DNA of 64,000 nt from a virus (Duplodnaviria; Caudoviricetes), in IMG/VR virus record IMGVR_UViG_3300026159_000398; one strand, given 5' to 3'. The notes below the pieces were generated by a model. It worked only from the letters and a program-made list of their open reading frames with translations. It ran no database searches and was not told the DNA's origin. Numbering within the stretch: position 1 is the first letter of the stretch; each line of letters starts with the position of its first letter. A program made the translations under genes and the position numbers. Of this stretch, positions 56,573 through 64,000 are shown piece by piece.

Positions 56573-57235
56573 AAATTGTTCGTAATATCGAATAGTATTT
56601 TCGAACCAAACTTCTAATTTATATCCTAAACTTTTTACAGCATTCCATTTTAAAATATCATTGTCTTTTTCGTATCCTTTAACTTCAATGTAATAAAAAG
56701 TATCATCGTGATTTATTACTTTAAAATCTAAAAGATATGAGTGGTCTTTTTTGTCTTTTCCAATATATGTGAATCTGTCTTTGGTATATTCCCAGTCTTT
56801 AATTAAATTATTATTTTTCCAATAATCAAGAATTTTACAAGTTCTTAATTCATAAGTTCCTTGAACTTTAATACCGTTGTAGTCATACCATTTGGTAGTT
56901 CCGCCTGCTACAAAATTATTTCCATCTTTATAAGCTTTTTTGTTGATTGTGCTCCAATTTGGAGGTTGAATTTTTTGTTTTAAAATAGCTAATTTGATAT
57001 TGACTTTTCTTGCGCATTCTTTTGAACAGTATTTTTGGTTTTTGGTTTTTGGAATAAAAGATTTTCCACAAACACAAATTTTTGGCTCTCTAATAATTTT
57101 TAATTTTTTGCTGACTTTTCTATTGATTTGTTCTCTGTTTTCTTTTGTACTAAATCCTCTAGCACATTTTGAAGAACAAAATCTTCCAGAGCCGTATGAA
57201 CCATTATGTTCATTGCCACAATTTTCACATTTCAT
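56558..57235 (-). CDS. homing endonuclease: zinc fingers + PD-(D/E)xK
   Basis: CENCG..FCSSKC; QGTYE..YLLDF..YIEVKG. Confidence 0.75.
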   Translation of the reverse strand: MKCENCGNEHNGSYGSGRFCSSKCARGFSTKENREQINRKVSKKLKIIREPKICVCGKSFIPKTKNQKYCSKECARKVNIKLAILKQKIQPPNWSTINKKAYKDGNNFVAGGTTKWYDYNGIKVQGTYELRTCKILDYWKNNNLIKDWEYTKDRFTYIGKDKKDHSYLLDFKVINHDDTFYYIEVKGYEKDNDILKWNAVKSLGYKLEVWFENTIRYYEQFGVLG

Positions 57236-57295
57236 ATTCGAACCTCTATATTTAATTATATTACAAGAGTTCGAATAAAATTATTAAAATAAATG

Positions 57296-57369
57296 CGGGG
57301 AAGGTGAGAGTCGAACTCACAACCCAACGGTTAACGGCCGTTTGCTCTAGCCATTAGAGCTACATCCCC
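57296..57369 (-). tRNA. tRNA-Asn(GTT)
   Basis: Loop CCGUUAA; G73. Confidence 0.88.
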
Positions 57370-57406
57370 GAAGTCTCCGTTTAATTCGCCAAACGGATAA
57401 AATGCG

Positions 57407-57525
57407 ATGAGCAGCCATTTTGATTAGTAAGGAGTTGGACTTATGTGCACACATTACCAACCCAGTCTAATCAAGTCCCTTTGCAGAACGGGCTTGGACT
57501 AGTATGTCACCGTTCTTTTACTCAT
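57407..57525 (-). ncRNA. unassigned multibranch structured RNA
   Basis: AUGAGUA/UGCUCAU, AGAACGG/CCGUUCU, UUGAUUAG/CUAAUCAA and GGGUUGG/CCAACUC stems. Confidence 0.5.
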
Positions 57526-57526
57526 G

Positions 57527-57599
57527 TGGAGCCGGGGAGATTCGAACTCCCGACCTAGTGCTTGCAGGGCACCCGCTCTCCCAACTGAGCTACGACCCC
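57527..57599 (-). tRNA. tRNA-Ala(TGC)
   Basis: G3:U70; loop CCUGCAA. Confidence 0.92.
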
Positions 57600-57605
57600 A
57601 AATAC

Positions 57606-57785
57606 CAGAAGTGTGGGCTAAACACACTTCTGAACAATAAAGAATTTTCCGGTTTCTCTATTGGATTGGATTTTATTTAACAGTAAAAACCCTTGTCTAA
57701 AAACTGCGGCATCCTACTCGGTACCGACGAGTTCCTTCGCTATAACCCTCCAAGGACTGAGGGACCGAGAACTTAGCCCGTTCTC
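57606..57785 (-). ncRNA. unassigned structured RNA with potential kissing loops
   Basis: Hairpin loops GGGCUAA and UUUAGCC are complementary. Confidence 0.5.
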
Positions 57786-57789
57786 AAAT

Positions 57790-57860
57790 TGGCGGGAATG
57801 GGAGTCGAACCCATCTGGCGAGGTTATGAGCCTCGAAACTCGCCGCTAGTCTATCCCGCT
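57790..57860 (-). tRNA. initiator-like tRNA-fMet(CAT)
   Basis: A1xC72 mismatch; loop CUCAUAA. Confidence 0.8.
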
Positions 57861-58411
57861 ATGTAGTTGCTGCCATTTCATGTTCAAGAAGAATTTTCTT
57901 CTTTTCGAAATACCAGTCAATTAACTTCTTTAAAAAATATATCAACACCGTTGAAACTGCGGCCAATGCAATATCCAAAACCACATTTCCAACTTCAAAC
58001 GACAAACCTTCTTTTGTAACTTTGACAGTTGTCTTAACTTGCTTCGTTACTTTTTTCGCAGGTATGACAACTTTCTTTTCAACTAATTCTTCTTTATAAG
58101 AAGGAACTTCTCTTTCTTCATAACTATCAGAATGATAATCAGGTCTTGCAGCATAAGAATAAGTGTCTAATTTTTTTCTTTTTGCCGCCAGGTCTTGCAT
58201 GAAAACTTTCTGCTTCGTATGGAACAATTTTACGTTCTAAAACCGTTACTTGTTTGGCTGGAATTATTTCTTCCTTTTTGACCATTACGGTTTTATCAAC
58301 TAATGGCTTGAATAATTTATCATGATTGAGAAATATGATAGTTGACGTCAAGCCAATTACAATTGCTATTGAAATGACTAAAGTTAGTTTGTGCTTTTGG
58401 TTTATGTTCAT
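57859..58411 (-). CDS. two-TM protein split by a frameshift at A7 (58171-58177)
   Basis: ORFs 58139-58411 and 57859-58227 join if one A is removed; internal repeats IPAKQVT/IPAKKVT and ARPG/ARPD. Confidence 0.5.
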
Positions 58412-58457
58412 TGCAATTTTTGCATGGTTGCCATATCCGTCAGCGCAAATTCTTTCT

Positions 58458-58712
58458 TCAGTCCGAAAGCTCCATTAGACTTTTTTTCGTACCACATATA
58501 CAGTACGTTTTTGACTTTGGCTTCGACTCTGTTTCCACCACTTTTCTTTGCTTCTGTTGGATTTTTTCCCATGCTTTCTCTTCCTGTTTTTCTTTAATTC
58601 CTAACGCAAACACACTCGGAAGAAGCAATAATCCAACTAATGCAACAAAGCCAAAAATCAACATGAACAAATTTTTAGCAAATGATTCATTACTTCCTGG
58701 TCCTACCATCAT
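58458..58712 (-). CDS. small membrane protein
   Basis: Single TM segment. Confidence 0.5.
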   Translation of the reverse strand: MMVGPGSNESFAKNLFMLIFGFVALVGLLLLPSVFALGIKEKQEEKAWEKIQQKQRKVVETESKPKSKTYCICGTKKSLMELSD

Positions 58713-58732
58713 TCACTCTCTTTTCTTTTATG

Positions 58733-58806
58733 AGCCAGGAAGAGGAATCGAACCTCCGACATCCTCATTACAAGTGAGGCGCTCTAGCCGTCTGAGCTAC
58801 CCTGGC
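58733..58806 (-). tRNA. tRNA-Thr(TGT)
   Basis: Loop CUUGUAA. Confidence 0.92.
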
Positions 58807-58807
58807 A

Positions 58808-59236
58808 TTATTGATACTTATACTTTTTACGATACTCTCGCTTACTCTTTTTATTTTTTGATTTATATGTTGGCAATTGACTATCACAATTACTGCATAT
58901 CAATCTCAAATTACTAAATTTCCAATTTAAAGAATTACCATCAATATGATCAAGAATTTTGACTAACGGTTTACCTTGCCAATTTTCTAGACCACAAATT
59001 TCACATTTATCTCCACGCTTTTCAGTTAAATAATCTTTGAGAACTTTTACATTAGTATATGGACCATTCTTTCCAGCTATACTCGGTGCTGTTTGATGTT
59101 TCTCATAATAAGCAACAAGTTCTTCACACATTTGTTTGTGTTGAAAAGCCTTTTGGCATTTATTATCACAATACGTTCCTGTACTTCTGCCATTGGCTCG
59201 TATTATTTTTTTGCCACAATTCTTACATACGTTCAT
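58808..59236 (-). CDS. HNH homing endonuclease
   Basis: CEICG..LDHIDGN..NLRLICSNC. Confidence 0.85.
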   Translation of the reverse strand: MNVCKNCGKKIIRANGRSTGTYCDNKCQKAFQHKQMCEELVAYYEKHQTAPSIAGKNGPYTNVKVLKDYLTEKRGDKCEICGLENWQGKPLVKILDHIDGNSLNWKFSNLRLICSNCDSQLPTYKSKNKKSKREYRKKYKYQ

Positions 59237-59513
59237 GGTAGACCTCATTATTAAATTATATTAAGGTCTACCAAGAAAAAATATCGCTTTTTTCTACATC
59301 AACGCAATTCCGATCATCGACAGAATTATTACTATGAGGCCAATAATCGAAATGAATTTAATATTCATATCCTCCCAGTTCTTAAGAGCACTGACGAGAA
59401 ACTTTACGGCACCTAATGCTAACAAAGCTTCGATTATTAGAGTGGCTATCATTGTAATTTCGTTGTCCTTTTAATAATTATATTACGCGACGATCAAAAA
59501 AGTTTATTTTTTT

Positions 59514-60976
59514 TCACTTATCCAGCTTAAATTCGCGCTTTACCGTGCCAACAGGAACATAAAAGAAGCGCTTGACTTCATGGGCGCCCGGATTACATAT
59601 AACTTTGTAACCAAAGATTTTTGTATCATAGTACTCTTGAACACGAAGCAAATAAGGCTTTGCAATTTCTTGCCTCGATTTTTCTACTATTGACACATTC
59701 TCATTGAAGTCTGCCTCATACCTCTTAAGTGCATAATCATTTATCATATCATCATGGTACTTAATATAGTACGCTATGATAGTTTTGGTGCCGCTTTCAC
59801 CACTGCCTGTTCCAAGAAAAAGATAGAATTGTCCGAATGTCGTATCTTTGTCTCGAAGCACTTCAAGCGGAAAATATTTCTTTTCATACTTGAGATTTTT
59901 ATCTCGATGAAGATCAGCACAGGCTCCAATGCAACCACCAATAAAAATCAAAGATGAACATATTATTGCCGTGCCAGTTTTATCAAAATCGAAATAATCA
60001 TGCACAACCAATCCTACTACAACTAAAACAACTACTATGCCAGCTACGATAAATCCTAAAAGTGCTATTTCCATTGTCTTCTCCTATGCCCAAGATATAA
60101 GCAAATATTGTTTTCCGTGCAGTGACGCAGAAACCTGATAATTCATTCGCTGAAGTTCGTGTTGGATTTGTCCTTTTCTCAATCCAGACCCTAACGATTC
60201 AATATCAAATTCAATTTCATATTCTCCTCGTTCTGCGGCTTTTCCAATTTCTTTAAATATTGCATAAAGCTGCTTGCGGTTTACGTCTGTTGCAATTTCA
60301 TTCGCTTTCCCTGGAGTTATGTATTCTGTTTTAGCTACTGGCATTATTTCTTCTCCAATTTTTCAGAAAAATTATGCGACGAAATTTCCATCTGCTTTAA
60401 ATCACATTTTATTTGGTGGTCCGAACAAGCCGACAAATAACCCACTTTGAAAGAATCAGTCGAGAGTTCAGTAACCGCTCTCCGAATTTCTTTTATGTCT
60501 TTTCGTGCATTGATGGGTATTGTAGCAAATAAACCTATTAAAGCCAAACCTAAACCGACACCTAAAAGAATTTCAACTACTTTTGTCATTGTTCCTCCTA
60601 ATATTCACGCGGTATTTCGGAACGTCTGCAACGTTGTTCTTCTTCACCAGGAAATTTCTTAGTGTAATAAAACGGACACTCACTTCCTTGGCATGGCACA
60701 AATGCTTCAACAGTACTTTCTGGAACTTGTGTAAAAGGTATAGTTCCATTGTTGACATAATGTGCTTTAGTGATTATTGTCTGTTTCAGCCATGGACACA
60801 GCATCTTTATTTCCTCCGTTTACTGCCGCTTTCATTATTTCAACAGCAAAACCCATTAAAGCGACAGTTAGTGTTTGAGCAGACACTCGCATTGCAAGCG
60901 GAAATTCTTCATCTTCTTGAACCGCATCACAAAATTGAATCATCTGTTTTATTTCTTCTAAAATTTTTATTTGCAT
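59514..60976 (-). other. cluster of small hypothetical genes (59514-60074 membrane, 60084-60344, 60344-60589, 60598-60804, 60767-60976)
   Basis: Coupled - strand ORFs. Confidence 0.55.
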
Positions 60977-61191
60977 TAGAATATCTCGTTATACGTCATG
61001 ATTGAAATACCAAGCTTTCTGGCATTTTGAAGCTTTACAGAATCGCCACTTTTGTCTTCGCAAAGCAGAATATCAGTTTGCGAATTGACGTAATTGACGA
61101 CTTGATAGCCCATGTCCTCAAGCTCTTTTGTCAGTTCTACTCGAGACTTATGACCAGTTCCTGTCATGCACACTCGTTTTTTCATATTCAC
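60976..61191 (-). CDS. stand-alone BRCT domain protein
   Basis: VCMTG..SR..L...G..V...V...TDILL..S.KLQNARKLGISI. Confidence 0.8.
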   Translation of the reverse strand: MNMKKRVCMTGTGHKSRVELTKELEDMGYQVVNYVNSQTDILLCEDKSGDSVKLQNARKLGISIMTYNEIF

Positions 61192-61286
61192 CTCTTAGTC
61201 CATTCCTATGCCGAGCAATACGAGAATAATTCCAAGCATATTGCCACTAGCAATAAGAAGTATTCCACCAACTATAAGTAGTGCTT

Positions 61287-62420
61287 TCATTTTTCCTCAC
61301 TCATATCTTTTTCATCACGGAATCCTTTAAGAACTCCGAAAATCGGCTTTCCAGTATTCTCATCATACTTTTGGAACTTAATGGTCGCCATGCGGCCAAT
61401 AAATTCTTTTTGATGAGAAAGCATGTAATTCCTTTCAGCATCTGTCCCCATTGGACGAGCTTTGAATTCTTGGCCATCTTTCATCTTGCAAATGATGGCA
61501 CCAAGCCTTTTGTCATCACCACGTTCAGTGGTAAATCCAACGACTTCAAATTCCTCGTCAACAAACATCTTGTACTTGAATATTGCATAACTATGTTTGT
61601 TTTCGTACGGAAATCCCATCAGTCGAATCATGACACCTTCATGGCCTTGATCGACGAATTTATCATGCCAATGTTGGATGCGACTTGGGTCTGTTATATA
61701 AGAAGGAACTATTTTGACCCTATCGCTTTCTTCCACGAATTCATCAATATTCTTGACGCGCACTTCAGCAACATCCATGCTCATGTAGTCAAAAATATTA
61801 TACTTGATTTTTTCTGCTTCTTTTACGTCTACTTGTTTTGTGGTGCGAATGATGGATTGAATTTCATTGAAAGACAAATCCATAGAGAATAATTCGCCAT
61901 CTACCCACGTTACATCTCTCAGATGCTTGCACGCTTCTTTTATAATATCTCCCAGATGAGGAATAGAAACAATTTCTTTCCTCGAACGAGCGTACATTTT
62001 TCCAGTTTTGATGTTAACCATGCAACGGTTTCCGTCAAGTTTAGGTTGTACAATCACCTTCGGAAGATGATCAACCTTTTTGTGATGATTCACATACTTG
62101 TCGGCATGCATGATCTTCGGCACTGCCTCATTGACAGCAGTTTTCTTGCTGTGATCTGAAGTCAACTTACCCTTTACGAGCTCGAAACCTTGATTCATCT
62201 TATTGATGATTTTATTTTCAGCAGTGAAAATGGCTTGCTCCTCTGCTGTGGTTTCGTTTGCTCGACCAATGTTCTTGCCACTTTTTATGACTTGAACCTT
62301 GGTATTTCTGGCACCACCTTCTTGGCCCCATTCATAAGTAATTTTATTACCATTGACCGTGGCTTTCCAGAGTTGGCTGGTACCCCTTGAGTTCGTCTTC
62401 TTCAATTCGTAATTTATCAC
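61287..62420 (-). CDS. ATP-dependent DNA ligase with N-terminal WGR-like domain
   Basis: EWGQEG; QPKLDGNR, VDGEL, IFD, EGVMIR, KYK; OB-fold tail. Confidence 0.9.
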   Translation of the reverse strand: MINYELKKTNSRGTSQLWKATVNGNKITYEWGQEGGARNTKVQVIKSGKNIGRANETTAEEQAIFTAENKIINKMNQGFELVKGKLTSDHSKKTAVNEAVPKIMHADKYVNHHKKVDHLPKVIVQPKLDGNRCMVNIKTGKMYARSRKEIVSIPHLGDIIKEACKHLRDVTWVDGELFSMDLSFNEIQSIIRTTKQVDVKEAEKIKYNIFDYMSMDVAEVRVKNIDEFVEESDRVKIVPSYITDPSRIQHWHDKFVDQGHEGVMIRLMGFPYENKHSYAIFKYKMFVDEEFEVVGFTTERGDDKRLGAIICKMKDGQEFKARPMGTDAERNYMLSHQKEFIGRMATIKFQKYDENTGKPIFGVLKGFRDEKDMSEEK

Positions 62421-62544
62421 TCAGTTTCTCCTCTATTTGGCCTGTTCCATGACATGAATAACAGTCATACGTTATGCTTCGCTTTTCTGTTTGCATGTAC
62501 ATGGTTATTTTTCCGGTTCCTTTGCACAGCGGACATTTTTTCAT
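62347..62544 (-). CDS. small DnaJ-type zinc-finger protein
   Basis: CPLCKGTG / CYSCHGTG. Confidence 0.5.
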   Translation of the reverse strand: MKKCPLCKGTGKITMYMQTEKRSITYDCYSCHGTGQIEEKLSDKLRIEEDELKGYQPTLESHGQW

Positions 62545-62648
62545 TTTTATTCCCTTTGAGATTATTAGTGCTCATATCCGCCTTACCCATTTTTTGCAGA
62601 CGTTTTAAGACTTTGTCGTCCACAATAACTACTTCTATTTTTGGACCG

Positions 62649-63812
62649 TTACCCATTAAGCCTCTTTATGAAGACGTCGAATGGAATTGCCATCACGAGG
62701 CCTTCTTCTTTATATGAATATACTTTGCGAAATGCTTTGTTGATATTTGGCATGTAAATCCCTTTGGTTATTGCTTCAGTTCCATCGGATTTTTGCCGTC
62801 TTTTTTCATGCCACCCCTTGCTTGCCCAGATTTGGAGCGCATAGTTTCTCGCACCAGCAAAACTCATGAAATGAACAAGTGGTGCTTGAAAAGCAGGAGA
62901 ATTAACGAACTTGAAATTGACTACCACAAGATAATCAGGCGCCGATGTTTTCGCTTCAAGAAGACTTTTGCTCAAAAAGAATTCTCCATCTTGCTTGGTT
63001 ACTTTGAAGTCAAGTTTCAGATCTTTCAGTATGGCGTCAACATGCCAACCATTACGTTTTCTCCACTCCTCATCTTCTGAACCATGTTCATAGACACACG
63101 GTAAATTAGAAGGCAATGCGTTTATGACATACATTTGTGCCTTGTAGCCGAAGTCAGCATCCTTTTGGACGAAATTTCTAGCCATAGATGACCTTTCCGA
63201 ATATAGTGAATTGTATTAAGGCATCTGTGGAAATTGCATCCCAGCAACAGGGGTCCATGATGCTCTTGAGACCATCTTCCATGCCATCAAGAAATATCTC
63301 ACCCTTGAGAACTGCGTTGATGAAAAGAGGCAGTCCTTTGGCGGCTATTTCTTCAACAGTCACGGAATACCGCTTGGCTTTTCCATCATCATCTTCTTCT
63401 TCATCTTCGAAAATCAGCACACCCTTTTCGTAATTCCATCCGACACATTGAAGGCAGAAGGAATATTCAGGATAGTTTTGAATTACCTCTTTTGCTAATT
63501 CGAGCAGTTGTCCATCAGGTACGTCTATGGTCACCTTCATTTTGCAACCTCCATGAGACATTGTTTGGGAAAACACCAGACATCATGCTTTCCAAAAGCT
63601 ACGTAATAGACATTTTTTCTATTGAGAAAATTTTTATCTATACGAATTATTTTGCCTTGTTGTCCTAGTCGCCTGTCCATGCGAACGTCATTCCATCCAA
63701 GATACGGAGTATGTTTCATCAACAATTCTTTTGCATTTTGCTTGACTATTACTTGGTCGCCTACTTTCATTAAAGCCCCCATGGTCCAAATTCTCTCCAG
63801 TCCCATCCACAA
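62649..63812 (-). other. hypothetical genes (62649-63185, 63178-63576, 63537-63812)
   Basis: Coupled - strand ORFs. Confidence 0.5.
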
Positions 63813-64000
63813 CCTTCGGGTTCAGGACCTTTAAGCGAACGATGTCCGCCACACTTGTCACAAATTTCATGACTGCCATTTCTTCGTGCACCTTCATGAT
63901 CACATGCGGCGACTATCTTCTTTCTCATTTCCCATTCAAAATCGCGCCACAGTTCGTTGAATTTCGATTCGATCAGTTTGTTCAGAATCTGATTGTCATT

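Noticed and set aside
44456-58806. tRNA-associated theta/HDV-like, hammerhead or twister ribozymes
   Set aside because: I could not identify the required cores in the tRNA trailers by eye; a covariance search would be needed to exclude them.
59332-59453. Possible second attenuator leader for the upstream tRNAs
   Set aside because: The 39-aa ORF looks like a hydrophobic membrane peptide, and no convincing terminator/antiterminator pair follows it.
267-63834. Numerous Phe/Ser-rich opposite-strand ORFs in the track
   Set aside because: Antisense shadows of Lys/Glu-rich real genes; no motifs.
1-64000. Alternative genetic code (stop-codon reassignment)
   Set aside because: Core genes are full length in code 11, TAA/TAG/TGA all end genes, and no suppressor tRNA (CTA, TCA or TTA anticodon) was found.
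1-64000. CRISPR array, cas genes, reverse transcriptase or DGR
   Set aside because: No regularly spaced direct repeats and no Cas or RT motifs seen.

Overview
This is a 64-kb segment of a large, AT-rich T4-like (probably jumbo) phage genome in the standard genetic code. The left part holds head morphogenesis genes (major capsid N-terminus, scaffold, prohead protease, portal, large terminase), many small proteins with a shared 'MxxFxxYLE' N-terminus, baseplate-hub-like genes and a + strand kinase / cytidylyltransferase-ligase / nucleotidyltransferase cassette. The middle holds helicase, primase, two sigma-like factors, Pth2, tmRNA, Ro60 (TROVE) with Y RNA-like elements, a PurA-like enzyme, a vWA protein, a SLOG protein and ThyX. 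The right part is a ~15-kb array of 27 canonical tRNAs covering all 20 amino acids, plus aberrant tRNA-like and other structured RNAs, a PAS/HD-GYP gene and a DNA ligase. Twelve free-standing homing endonucleases are scattered throughout. The most notable unannotated signals are four RNA elements: (1) an attenuator in front of the tRNA array whose 30-codon leader peptide reads as a checklist of the codons decoded by the downstream tRNAs; (2) a Ro60 leader in which a Ro-binding helix competes with an antiterminator; (3) a Y RNA module grafted into the anticodon position of a normal-topology tRNA; (4) a covarying SD-sequestering pseudoknot leader shared by two unrelated endonuclease genes. All annotation is by eye; no searches or folding programs were run.
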